Source: an uncultured Anaeroplasmatales bacterium (GTDB lineage: Bacteria; Bacillota_I; Bacilli_A; Acholeplasmatales; JAEDCM01). Taken from it: DNA of 64,000 nt. Position numbers and translations under genes: made by a program. The stretch lies in the NCBI GenBank assembly GCA_964634685.1, contig CAZWLD010000001.1:22696-86695 (forward strand), written 5' to 3'. Below, one piece after another: positions 55,726 through 64,000 of the stretch (positions within the stretch are counted from its first letter, which is position 1; every line of letters starts with the position of its first letter). Under the pieces are notes generated by a model. It searched no databases. It was given only the letters and a program-made list of their open reading frames with translations, and had not been told where the DNA came from.

Positions 55726-55752
55726 GAGTTACTTTACGGTAACTCATTTTTT
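55726..55752 (+). terminator. Rho-independent terminator of spoIVA
   Basis: GAGTTAC-TTTACG-GTAACTC followed by ATTTTTT. Confidence 0.75.
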
Positions 55753-55876
55753 ATTGATTTGAAATTTTTATTTATAAATGCTATTTTTTGAGTCAATTTA
55801 TCTAGTATTAACTGTTTTGATTAGCAAAAAACTGATAACTAAAGCATTTTTTTGAAACAAAATATAAAGAAAGCGG

Positions 55877-55905
55877 TTGCATTTTTAAAAAAATGGTGTT
55901 ATAAT
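55877..55905 (+). promoter_or_regulatory. Strong sigma-A promoter of the HU gene
   Basis: TTGCAT, 17-nt spacer, TATAAT, with the extended TG (TGTTATAAT). Confidence 0.7.
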
Positions 55906-55935
55906 AAAGAAAAAAATTATTAGGAGGTAAATTTT

Positions 55936-56208
55936 GTGAACAAAACTGAATTAGTCGCAATTATTGCTGAAAACCTTGAACAAAAAAAGGTTGTTGTCGA
56001 AGACGTTTTAAATGAATTAACAAAGGTAGTAGCCGAAACTTTAGCTAAGGATGAAAAAGTAGTTGTAAGTGGATTCGGAACTTTTGAGGTTCGTAATCGT
56101 GTTCAACGTACTGGACGTAATCCTCGTAACGGTGAAGCTATTTCGATTCCAGAACAAAAAACTCCAGCCTTCAAAGCCGGAAAAGTTTTAAAAGATGCTG
56201 TAAAATAA
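55936..56208 (+). CDS. hup: Nucleoid-associated DNA-binding protein HU
   Basis: GTG start 8 nt after AGGAGG. MNKTELV..., GFGTFEVR.R..R.GRNP..GE.I.IP....P.FKAGK. Confidence 0.95.
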   Translation: MNKTELVAIIAENLEQKKVVVEDVLNELTKVVAETLAKDEKVVVSGFGTFEVRNRVQRTGRNPRNGEAISIPEQKTPAFKAGKVLKDAVK

Positions 56209-56210
56209 AA

Positions 56211-56240
56211 ACAATCGAGAATTTTCTCGATTGTTTTTTT
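56211..56240. terminator. Bidirectional rho-independent terminator between hup and the CPBP gene
   Basis: 10-bp stem ACAATCGAGA / TCTCGATTGT, loop ATTT, flanked by an A-run and a T-run. Confidence 0.85.
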
Positions 56241-57168
56241 ATGCGATACCTGGGAAAAACATCATCATCACAATCATTATGAAGCTAAAGCCATTATTAA
56301 TCATATGGGCAATAATTGATGCATAGATATTTTTATTCGAATAAAGATAAATACCACCTAAAACAAATCCTGATGCGGCATAGCTAATCAAATAAATGTA
56401 GTCGCCACCACCAAGGACATGAATTAATCCAAAGCCAATTGATGACACAACTAAACCAACCCATTTATTTTTAAATAAACCAAATACCGATTTTCTAAAT
56501 ACGAGCTCTTCGGAGATTGGCGCAAAAATGACCGTAAGGAAGAACATCGGAATTAAATAACCATTTTTACATATTAATTCAATTGTCATTTGATTTAATG
56601 AATTATCGGTTTGGGAAAACAATGAACAAATAGCACTAGTAACCATCGATGCCGCAATTAAAATAAAGAATCCAATTACTCCGGTAAAGAAGACTGCGAG
56701 TTTATTGACACTCTTATCTAGCAATTGTTTTTTTAACGGCTTAAAGAAAATGATAACAGTGGCGATAAATAAAACAGTTGAAGTAATGATATTTGTCCAA
56801 GCAATGGCCTTAATATAGAACATACAATGATACATTTGATCCTGTATTAAAGCAATTTCCTCAGCGGTTCCTGTCGCTTTAAGCGCATCAAGCTGGGAAA
56901 CTAGATTTTTATATTCCTCTGTTAAGCCGGGATAAATGACTTTAAGAGCAAATAAAATAATCATTTGCACAAGAATTGAAATGACATAGCTTACAATAAG
57001 ATAAGCGGAAATACCAAAAATGGAACGCTTCTGTTCAGCTTGAAATTCTTTTTCCTCGTTGTATTCAGGAGCTGTGACTACCTCACTATTTTCTGGGCTT
57101 TCTGTTACAATCATCTCACTATTTTCATTTAATTCACTTTTTTCTTCTTCATTAAAGAAGTCATTCAT
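56239..57168 (-). CDS. CPBP-family (CAAX/Abi) intramembrane glutamic endopeptidase with an acidic N-terminal tail
   Basis: Motifs SEELVFRKS, FGLIHV, AHMINN. Start ATG 57168 is preceded by GAGGTGA; the track start 57213 lacks an SD. Confidence 0.8.
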   Translation of the reverse strand: MNDFFNEEEKSELNENSEMIVTESPENSEVVTAPEYNEEKEFQAEQKRSIFGISAYLIVSYVISILVQMIILFALKVIYPGLTEEYKNLVSQLDALKATGTAEEIALIQDQMYHCMFYIKAIAWTNIITSTVLFIATVIIFFKPLKKQLLDKSVNKLAVFFTGVIGFFILIAASMVTSAICSLFSQTDNSLNQMTIELICKNGYLIPMFFLTVIFAPISEELVFRKSVFGLFKNKWVGLVVSSIGFGLIHVLGGGDYIYLISYAASGFVLGGIYLYSNKNIYASIIAHMINNGFSFIMIVMMMFFPGIA

Positions 57169-57245
57169 AAAATCACCTCGTTTCTCTATTATACCATATA
57201 ATTTTTCATTCATAAATAGATTTTTTATTTCATATATATAGATAG

Positions 57246-58043
57246 GTGATAATTATTAAAAAAATCGGGCTCCTTATAATTATTTTTGCAATTTTATATA
57301 CAATCAATATCTACGATGGTAAGGTATCACCAAGAGTCACCTATTTGCCATATCAGGAAAGCTTTGAAAAAATTAAAATATGTAGTAAAAGGGAGGAAGA
57401 ATTTTATTTTATTAATCTTGATTATTCCGAAAACAAAATTGATGAAACATTTCAATATTTGACAATGAATGCTAATTGCTTACCTTTAGAATTTAGAACT
57501 CATCTACCATATCAAGCAAGATTATTAGACTACGATTTACAAAACGAAGTTCTATCATTAAATGTATCAAAGGAATTTCTATTATACAAGGAAGAAGATG
57601 ACTTTAATATTGCCCGCGAACTATTTTTTTCCTACTATGAACAAGGAATTAAAAAGCTTTTCCTTTATGTTGAAGGCGAAAAATTAAATCAGCTTGGACA
57701 AATCGATATATCGATGGGAATTGATCGAAATATTGGCATTAACCATCAAATTATGGCCTCACATAATTCAAAATCGATTATCATATATTATAACTATGAT
57801 GAATATATTTATCCCGTAACCTATGTAGTTGATAAAAATGTCAATGAGGCAAGCTTTATTATTAATGAGCTCTTTACATTTTATGAGCTTGGCGAGATTT
57901 TAGATGTTACTTTTGAAAATAAAGACATCATCATCAAGGCTCAAAAATATACCGAAAATGCGAAAGCAGCCTTAAAAGAAAGCCTTGAGGGCCATTATCA
58001 AGAAATCACTTTTCATTTTGTAGATAATGTGCTATCATCTTAG
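57246..58043 (+). CDS. GerM-like (GerMN-domain) sporulation/germination protein, membrane-anchored
   Basis: N-terminal TM segment. Pattern ETFQYL...LP.EFRT.LP....L.......L.L..S.EF..YKEEDD.NIAREL resembles the GerMN domain. Sits upstream of rdgB as gerM does (gerM-rph-ysnA) in Bacillus. Confidence 0.45.
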   Translation: MIIIKKIGLLIIIFAILYTINIYDGKVSPRVTYLPYQESFEKIKICSKREEEFYFINLDYSENKIDETFQYLTMNANCLPLEFRTHLPYQARLLDYDLQNEVLSLNVSKEFLLYKEEDDFNIARELFFSYYEQGIKKLFLYVEGEKLNQLGQIDISMGIDRNIGINHQIMASHNSKSIIIYYNYDEYIYPVTYVVDKNVNEASFIINELFTFYELGEILDVTFENKDIIIKAQKYTENAKAALKESLEGHYQEITFHFVDNVLSS

Positions 58044-58055
58044 TTGGTGATAAAA

Positions 58056-58631
58056 ATGAAAATTGTTTTCGCAAGTACAAATCAAGGAAAAATTAAAGAG
58101 GTAAGAGACATTCTATATCCGTATGAGGTTTTATCCTTAACCGATATTGGCTTTTTTGATGAGATAATTGAGGATGGAAATAGCTTTCAGGAAAATGCGA
58201 TGATAAAAGCTAAAGCGGTTTTTGCTAAATGTCATTTATTAACGATTGCGGATGATTCTGGGCTTTGCGTTGAGAGCTTAGACGGAGCGCCTGGCATTTA
58301 TTCCGCTCGCTATGCCCATACGCACAATGATGATGACAACAATGCCCTCCTATTAGAAAATCTCAAGGGCAAGGAAAACCGTAATGCTAAATATGTTTGC
58401 GCTTTAGCCGCAATTTATCCAAATGGTAGAGAAAAGGTATATTTAGGTGAACTAGAGGGCCGTATCATTGATGAATATCGAGGCATTAATGGCTTTGGCT
58501 ATGATCCTTTATTTTATATCGATGAATATCAAAAAACAACAGCCGAAATGACACCCGATGAAAAAAATAAAATCAGCCATCGAGGCATTGCTTTAAGGCT
58601 CTTTAAAAAAGATCTTTTAAATCAGGAGTGA
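58056..58631 (+). CDS. rdgB: dITP/XTP pyrophosphatase (RdgB/HAM1 family)
   Basis: MKIVFASTNQGKIKE, DDSGL.V..L.G.PG.YSARY, FGYDP.F, SHRG. Confidence 0.9.
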   Translation: MKIVFASTNQGKIKEVRDILYPYEVLSLTDIGFFDEIIEDGNSFQENAMIKAKAVFAKCHLLTIADDSGLCVESLDGAPGIYSARYAHTHNDDDNNALLLENLKGKENRNAKYVCALAAIYPNGREKVYLGELEGRIIDEYRGINGFGYDPLFYIDEYQKTTAEMTPDEKNKISHRGIALRLFKKDLLNQE

Positions 58632-59479
58632 TAGCTATCGAACGTTATTTAATTAGTCGATTAGCCTCAATTTTTAATGTTTGTGAGAATGAGGTATCAA
58701 TCATTAAAAAGCTTGAGGGTGGGTTTTCTAATCAAACTTATTTGTGCGCAATTAATGATTCCTTATACACTTATCGAATTAAAAACGATTATAGTATGAC
58801 TGATTATGAAAATGAATATTTAGTTTTAGATTTAATCAAGGACTTAAAAATTACAAATGAGCTTATTTATTTTGAGCCGATAAAGGGTGAAAAAATATCT
58901 AGATATCTTGATGGTGAAGTCATCGATTATGATTGTGACATCGAAAGCGTCGCAAGTCTTTTGCAAAGACTTCATCAAATCAAGGTAAACGTAAAAGCCT
59001 TTTGCCTTGATATTGAGGAATATGAAAAGCTCAACAAGGAATATGAATTTCCTTTAAAATATGTCGTGATCAAGGACAAATATAAGGAGCTATTAAAGGA
59101 TATCAAAATTGAACAAAGCGTGCTATGCCATAATGATTTTCAGCCTGGAAATATTATCAAAGGAAATGAGCTATATTTAATTGATTTTGAATTGGCTGCC
59201 ATAAATGATCCCTTTTATGATATTGCCTCCTTTGGAACCTTTAATCATTTTGAAAAATCCTTATTACTATTAAAAGCCTATTTAGGAAGAGAACCGAAGA
59301 TGGATGAAGTAAAAAAGCTTTACATTTTAAGAATTTTTCAAACACTAAAATGGTATAACATCGCGCTTTTCAAGGAAAGAAAGGGCTTGTCCATCAAGCT
59401 TGGTGTGGATTTTATTTTGATGGCTAAATCGCTATTAGAGGCATCAGAAAGATTATTAAAGGAATTGCAAAAACTTTAA
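58628..59479 (+). CDS. Kinase-fold phosphotransferase (choline/ethanolamine kinase or APH-like)
   Basis: GG.SN.TY N-lobe, Brenner motif LCHNDFQPGNII, LIDFELAAINDPFYDIASF. GTG start overlapping the rdgB stop (GTGA). Confidence 0.7.
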   Translation: MIAIERYLISRLASIFNVCENEVSIIKKLEGGFSNQTYLCAINDSLYTYRIKNDYSMTDYENEYLVLDLIKDLKITNELIYFEPIKGEKISRYLDGEVIDYDCDIESVASLLQRLHQIKVNVKAFCLDIEEYEKLNKEYEFPLKYVVIKDKYKELLKDIKIEQSVLCHNDFQPGNIIKGNELYLIDFELAAINDPFYDIASFGTFNHFEKSLLLLKAYLGREPKMDEVKKLYILRIFQTLKWYNIALFKERKGLSIKLGVDFILMAKSLLEASERLLKELQKL

Positions 59480-59496
59480 GGAGAAAATATCTACAG

Positions 59497-59534
59497 GGAG
59501 AATAAAATCTTCAAGAGATATATTCTCCTTTTTT
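59497..59534 (+). terminator. Hairpin plus T-run terminator separating the kinase gene from the downstream operon
   Basis: GGAGAATA...TATTCTCC (8-bp stem, 16-nt loop) followed by T6. Confidence 0.55.
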
Positions 59535-59535
59535 G

Positions 59536-59544
59536 TGATATAAT
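59536..59544 (+). promoter_or_regulatory. Extended -10 element TGATATAAT
   Basis: Exact TGnTATAAT 22 nt upstream of the ATG at 59566. SD GAAGGAAGTG lies between them. Confidence 0.5.
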
Positions 59545-59565
59545 TGATGTGAAGGAAGTGATTAT

Positions 59566-62445
59566 ATGAAGATTGAAGAAATTCTTGCCTTACCCGATAG
59601 CCAGGATACGATAAATAAAATATTAGATTATTTGAAGGTTTGTCCAAGTAATGAAAGAAATGCTCTCAATATTCGTATGATGGAAATCTATTATCATTTT
59701 AACAATGATAATTTTTTAACAATCCTTCACTTATTAGATGATCAAGAATTAGATGAAGATGATAAAGAAAAATTTAACCAATTTAAGGCTAATTATTATC
59801 TTAACCAAGAAAAATATAATGAGGCCTATCAAGCTATTCTTAAGTTAAAAAATAAGCATTCCTATTTAGGTCGTCTTTATTTTGAAATGAATAAATTTAT
59901 CGACGCTAAAAGAGAATATCTTTTAGCAGAGGAGCTCAAGATTGACTTAGCTTATGTTGATTACTATTTAGATAACATTGATGAAGCAATTAAAATTGCC
60001 AGTCAATTTCCAAGTGATGATTTAAAAATCTTCGAAGCTATTCAAAAATATCGACAAGGGGGAAGACTCGATTTTCATTTAATCGATGGTAATAATGTTC
60101 AAATGGTTTTTATGGCCATTGTCAAAATGAAGGCTATGAATAAAACAAATGCCTATCAAGAAGGAATAAAAGTCTTAGATATCGTTAAGGATGTTTATCC
60201 AGGACTACGATATTTATTTTATGATACCTTTTATCATTCAATAAAGGATTACCAAGAAGCCTTAGATATTCATTTCGAGCTTGAGGCCACAAAAAGAATT
60301 ATCAACACGCCTCTAATCTATCAAGGTGACCAAAAAAAGCTTGATGAAACCCTAGATTCCTTATACACAGCCTTTGCTTGTTTTGAAGAGATGCTTGAGG
60401 ATTTAAATAAAATTGATTTAAAATTAAAAGCCCGCGAAATCTATCGCTTATCAATGATTGAAATCAATAAAATTGTATCATTCGATCAAGCGGTCATTTT
60501 ATATGAATACGATGATCATGTAAGTATTATCGATTATAAAAAAAGCTTAGCCTACGATAAGGATAAGCCCCTTGAGCTTTTGTTTAATACACCATTTGAA
60601 AAAATGCTTTTAGAGGGAAAGGAATTAATCATCGAATCAATGGATGAGCTTCATAAATATAAGGATATTGTAACGGGAAAGCATTTTAATGAATTAGATA
60701 TTAATATGGTTGTTGGATTTCCGATTATCAAGGAAGAAAAAACCATTGGTGGTATAACCTTTTATTCAAAAAAGCTAAATCTATTCAAGGATTTCAACTA
60801 TGAAATGATTCATCTTTTCGTCAAATTTTTCTTGGCGAAGCTTGATATGAAGGAAGAGATGAACAGCGATTGTGCTCTTTTTGCCTCTTATAAATATTTA
60901 TTTGATAATATTGATATGGCTATTAAATATATTTATGATGAGGAAACACATTTTAATGCCTATGGTGAAAAGCTCAATGAAGAACTTAAGCTATTAAATT
61001 TTTACGAGCATAGTCTAACTTATCAAGAAGGGCTTAAGCAATTAATAAATAAGGAGATTGATTCCTTTGATTTTGATTTTCAAATTAATAAAAGGTATTA
61101 TCACGAGAACGTCAAAAGAATCGCTATGGGAGATATCTATATATATGTTTCCATTATTAGAGATATAACCGAGGATCGCTTAGCTTTATCATATCAAACG
61201 AATTTAGCCGAAAATAGCTACGTTTGTAATTTGCCAAACCGAAGAGCCCTAGAAAGAGATTTAGTTGATTATGTCGATGATAAATTTACGATCTTTGCCC
61301 TTGATATTAATCGTTTTAAAATGTTTAATGATGTTTATGGCTATGATGCGGGGGACATTGCTTTAAAGGCTCTAGCCCGCAAGCTTAAGGAATTAGAATT
61401 AGTCTGCTATCACCTAGATTCGGATAAATTCATTTTGCTTTATAATTTTGTCAATGACGCTCGAGCTATCAAAAAGGTCGCCAATAAGATTACTAAAGCC
61501 TTAGAGGAGGCTATGTATAACGAAAATTATCGTTTTCACTTTACCTTCACTATTGCATCCTTAAGGTATCCTGTTCATACCTCGGTTAATAATCCGCGAA
61601 AATTAATTAAAATGGTAATGGATGCCTTATATAATGCTAAGGATGGTCTTGGCTTAAAATCTGTTTATTGTGATTATGATAAGGATGCCTATCAAAATGA
61701 TATTTTTGAAATGATTTTAATGACGCAGGTTAGCGAAGCGATGGACAATCATAGCTTAGAGGTTCGTTACCAACAGGTTGTGGATTTAAAAACCGCAAAG
61801 GTTTTTCACTACGAGGCCAAGCTCAATATTTCCTCCTTTAATGTTGATAGTGATTATATCACTAAAATTGCTATCAAAAGAAATATGCAGGAGTCTTTGG
61901 ATTATTATTTAGTAAGAAATTCCTTAAAGGAATTAAATAAATTAATTTTGCAGACGCGAAAAATGATTCGAGTATCGATACCAATTGATATCAAAACCTT
62001 TATGCGTGATGATTTTAACAGCTTTTTTAAAAATGAAATCGTAGGGAACGCTGTTAAAACGGATTTAGTTATTTTAGAGATTCGCGGTCAAATCGTTGAT
62101 TATGATACGGTTAATTATCGAATTCAGGAATTAAGAAATTTTGGAATAAAGGTTATCATCAATGAAATTAACGATATAATAAAAATTCAAGCCAATTTTA
62201 TCAAGCTCTACGGATCAGTGAAATATTTGAATAACGAGCATGCCTTAATTACCATAAAAAACTTAGAAGCTTTAGCTAATGCGATGGATATGCATTTAAT
62301 CTTAGCGGATGTAAATACTTTAGATGAAGCTAATTTATTAAAGGGCTTTGGGATTAAGTATGTTTTAGGAAATTGTTATGGCAAGCGAGTGACAATGGAT
62401 ATGATGATTGAAAGGATGATGAAAAATGGAAGAGGAGCTAAATAA
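59566..62445 (+). CDS. Cytoplasmic multidomain signalling protein: TPR-like N-terminus, GAF-like, PAS-like, degenerate GGDEF and degenerate EAL domains
   Basis: GGDEF-domain hallmarks NLPNRRALERDL and ALDINRFKMFNDVYGYDAGD, but the active site reads DSDKF (61417-61431). EAL-domain entry LEVRYQQVVDLKTAKVFHYEAKL (EAK at 61813-61821). The DDFG position reads NEIN and the EGVE position reads ADVN. Confidence 0.75.
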   Translation: MKIEEILALPDSQDTINKILDYLKVCPSNERNALNIRMMEIYYHFNNDNFLTILHLLDDQELDEDDKEKFNQFKANYYLNQEKYNEAYQAILKLKNKHSYLGRLYFEMNKFIDAKREYLLAEELKIDLAYVDYYLDNIDEAIKIASQFPSDDLKIFEAIQKYRQGGRLDFHLIDGNNVQMVFMAIVKMKAMNKTNAYQEGIKVLDIVKDVYPGLRYLFYDTFYHSIKDYQEALDIHFELEATKRIINTPLIYQGDQKKLDETLDSLYTAFACFEEMLEDLNKIDLKLKAREIYRLSMIEINKIVSFDQAVILYEYDDHVSIIDYKKSLAYDKDKPLELLFNTPFEKMLLEGKELIIESMDELHKYKDIVTGKHFNELDINMVVGFPIIKEEKTIGGITFYSKKLNLFKDFNYEMIHLFVKFFLAKLDMKEEMNSDCALFASYKYLFDNIDMAIKYIYDEETHFNAYGEKLNEELKLLNFYEHSLTYQEGLKQLINKEIDSFDFDFQINKRYYHENVKRIAMGDIYIYVSIIRDITEDRLALSYQTNLAENSYVCNLPNRRALERDLVDYVDDKFTIFALDINRFKMFNDVYGYDAGDIALKALARKLKELELVCYHLDSDKFILLYNFVNDARAIKKVANKITKALEEAMYNENYRFHFTFTIASLRYPVHTSVNNPRKLIKMVMDALYNAKDGLGLKSVYCDYDKDAYQNDIFEMILMTQVSEAMDNHSLEVRYQQVVDLKTAKVFHYEAKLNISSFNVDSDYITKIAIKRNMQESLDYYLVRNSLKELNKLILQTRKMIRVSIPIDIKTFMRDDFNSFFKNEIVGNAVKTDLVILEIRGQIVDYDTVNYRIQELRNFGIKVIINEINDIIKIQANFIKLYGSVKYLNNEHALITIKNLEALANAMDMHLILADVNTLDEANLLKGFGIKYVLGNCYGKRVTMDMMIERMMKNGRGAK

Positions 62446-63505
62446 ATTAAATGCCTGCTTTCACAATAGGGTATTTGATGGCTTTTTACAAAAGGAATCA
62501 AATCGCTATTATCAAATTAAATCAAGCATTCATGTTTTAAATAATACGAGAAATATTATCAACCAATATCAAAATATCGATTTTAAAATGATTAATCTTT
62601 ATGGACTATTTCAATATTTATTTATTTCCATTGATGCCTTGTATGATTTAGCTTATGCCATTACTAATAATAAATGGGCTATTAATATTAATAATAACCC
62701 GAAGCTTCGTGATATTAAATATATTCGAAATGATTGTATTGGCCACCCAACCTACAGGCAATATGGAAATAACAAGGTCGGGTTTTGTTATATTGATAAT
62801 GAAAATACCACCAAGGATGTTTTGGCCTATGATTGTTTTTTAGATGAATCTGATGAATTAGTAAAAAAAAGAATCGAAATAAATCCTTTGATTGAAAATT
62901 TTTATGCGGAGGCGACGAATACCCTAAAGGATATCTATGGATATATCGTTAGAGATAAAAATGTCTCTAAGATTTATCTTTCTCCCCTTTTAGATCGCAT
63001 CTACAACAGTTTAGAAAAAAGCGAGCATATTGTTGATTTATTAGATCGTCTAAGAGATATATACATTAATTCCTATGGATTAGAAAAAAATTCCAAAAAC
63101 CGTTTTTTGTGGCGTATTGATATTGTTAAAAGCCTCTTATTGATTGAAACTAAAAACAATAACGAATATGATGTTGTTATTTACCTAATAAAGAAGCAAT
63201 TAAAAAAACTTATAAGTATGGCTATAGATGCGGATTTTGAATTGTTTAGCTATCAAGCCGAGGTTAAAATTCGTCCTCTTCATGAACCGACAATGATTAA
63301 ATATGCCAAGGAATATATCAAGAAATGTGGCTATCAGGATATCATTAGTGATGCCAATCATCCTTTATTTGATAATGCTATTTCTTCAATTATCAATAAT
63401 GCCCCAGATATTGTTTGTGATTTATTTTTAATGATGAAAAGGGAAGAGAAAAACCAATCGTTTATCTATGCGCTTGGTTCGGCTTTAAATGATGAAAAAG
63501 TTTAA
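62426..63505 (+). CDS. Hypothetical all-helical protein with a HEPN-like Rx5H motif
   Basis: 359-aa ORF overlapping the upstream gene by 20 nt and the downstream gene by 17 nt. Motif KYIRNDCIGHPTYR (R..H at 62726-62746) follows long helices. No other family recognised. Confidence 0.55.
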   Translation: MEEELNKLNACFHNRVFDGFLQKESNRYYQIKSSIHVLNNTRNIINQYQNIDFKMINLYGLFQYLFISIDALYDLAYAITNNKWAININNNPKLRDIKYIRNDCIGHPTYRQYGNNKVGFCYIDNENTTKDVLAYDCFLDESDELVKKRIEINPLIENFYAEATNTLKDIYGYIVRDKNVSKIYLSPLLDRIYNSLEKSEHIVDLLDRLRDIYINSYGLEKNSKNRFLWRIDIVKSLLLIETKNNNEYDVVIYLIKKQLKKLISMAIDADFELFSYQAEVKIRPLHEPTMIKYAKEYIKKCGYQDIISDANHPLFDNAISSIINNAPDIVCDLFLMMKREEKNQSFIYALGSALNDEKV

Positions 63506-64000
63506 AAGAATATATGTTGAAATCACCAATGCTTGTAACTTGAATTGCCATTTTTGTGATAAAACCATTCGTCCAAAAAGACATATGACTTCTTCTGAAT
63601 ATCGCCTTGTTATCGATAGAATAGCTCCCTTTACGGATTATGTTTATTTGCATGTAAAGGGTGAACCATTGCTTCATAATGAATTAGAGGAAATATTAGA
63701 AATTTCTAAAGGTAAGGTTTTAGTTAATATTACCACTAATGGGACCTTAATTGATAAAAGAATTGATATATTTAGAAAATATAAGGATGTAATTAATCGG
63801 GTAAACATATCAGTCCATAGTAATTTTTCTGACGAAGGGTATTTGGAAAAAATATTGGATTTTTGTCGTATTGTTAATGAAGAAGAATTGTTTGATGTTG
63901 TTATTAGGTTTTGGATTAAGGAATCAGTTAATGTAGTAAATCGCTTTACGGAGACAAAATTTTTTCATTTATCCTTTGATGAGGAGTTTAGCTGGCCCAA
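63489..64000 (+). CDS. Radical SAM enzyme, 3'-truncated by the window edge
   Basis: Frame open from ATGATG 63489 to the window end, so it is absent from the ORF track. RIYVEITNACNLNCHFC (CxxxCxxC at 63534-63557), YLHVKGEPLLH, NITTNGTL. Confidence 0.8.
   Translation, partial: MMKKFKRIYVEITNACNLNCHFCDKTIRPKRHMTSSEYRLVIDRIAPFTDYVYLHVKGEPLLHNELEEILEISKGKVLVNITTNGTLIDKRIDIFRKYKDVINRVNISVHSNFSDEGYLEKILDFCRIVNEEELFDVVIRFWIKESVNVVNRFTETKFFHLSFDEEFSWP

Noticed and set aside
59456-59647. Minus-strand 63-aa ORF spanning the kinase / GGDEF-EAL intergenic region.
   Set aside because: It overlaps two coding ends, a terminator hairpin and a promoter. There is no RBS.
1-64000. Search for CRISPR arrays, tRNA/rRNA genes, IS elements, integrases and prophage or plasmid genes.
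   Set aside because: None seen. The only tandem repeats are the in-frame LRR units and the two 18-bp linker repeats. Intergenic regions are short (under 250 nt) and are accounted for by promoters and terminators.

Overview
AT-rich (roughly one-third G+C by eye) chromosomal segment of an endospore-forming low-GC Firmicute (Bacillota). The taxon is inferred from spoIIIAH, spoIVB, spo0A, spoVIF-like, spoIVA and gerM-like genes and from Bacillus-type synteny; no database search was possible. Gene density is high and almost every long ORF is interpretable. Layout: (1) 1-4780, the 3' part of a giant BspA-type LRR surface protein. (2) 4897-13238, a 1518-aa SF1 helicase fused to a PD-(D/E)xK-like nuclease domain and coupled by an ATGA overlap to an ABC-F ATPase, then two unknown membrane proteins and a canonical sirtuin. 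(3) 13.8-31.9 kb, a starch/maltodextrin utilisation locus with four GH13 enzymes (intracellular neopullulanase-like, lipoprotein alpha-amylase, tail-anchored pullulanase, oligo-1,6-glucosidase), an uncharacterised surface protein, and a MalEFG-type transporter with unusually extended permeases. (4) 32.1-36.6 kb, potABCD. (5) 36.7-45.5 kb, the Bacillus-like block spoIIIAH-nusB-xseAB-dxs-tlyA-recN-spoIVB-spo0A. (6) 45.5-59.5 kb, dinB, membrane pyrophosphatase, cmk-rpsA-der-gpsA-spoVIF-like-spoIVA-hup, a CPBP protease, gerM-like, rdgB and a kinase-fold protein. (7) 59.5-64.0 kb, a self-contained operon encoding a sensor with degenerate GGDEF and EAL domains, an unknown ORF with a HEPN-like Rx5H motif, and a radical SAM enzyme cut by the window edge. 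I saw no tRNA, rRNA, CRISPR array, transposase, integrase or prophage genes. The best candidates for novelty are the operon in (7), the helicase-nuclease, several non-canonical features of the amylolytic locus (giant permease insertion, LPXTG-less C-terminal anchors, direct-repeat promoter motif), and a spoIVB gene that seems to need an ATT start codon. All family assignments rest on motifs read by eye and need HMM or structure confirmation.
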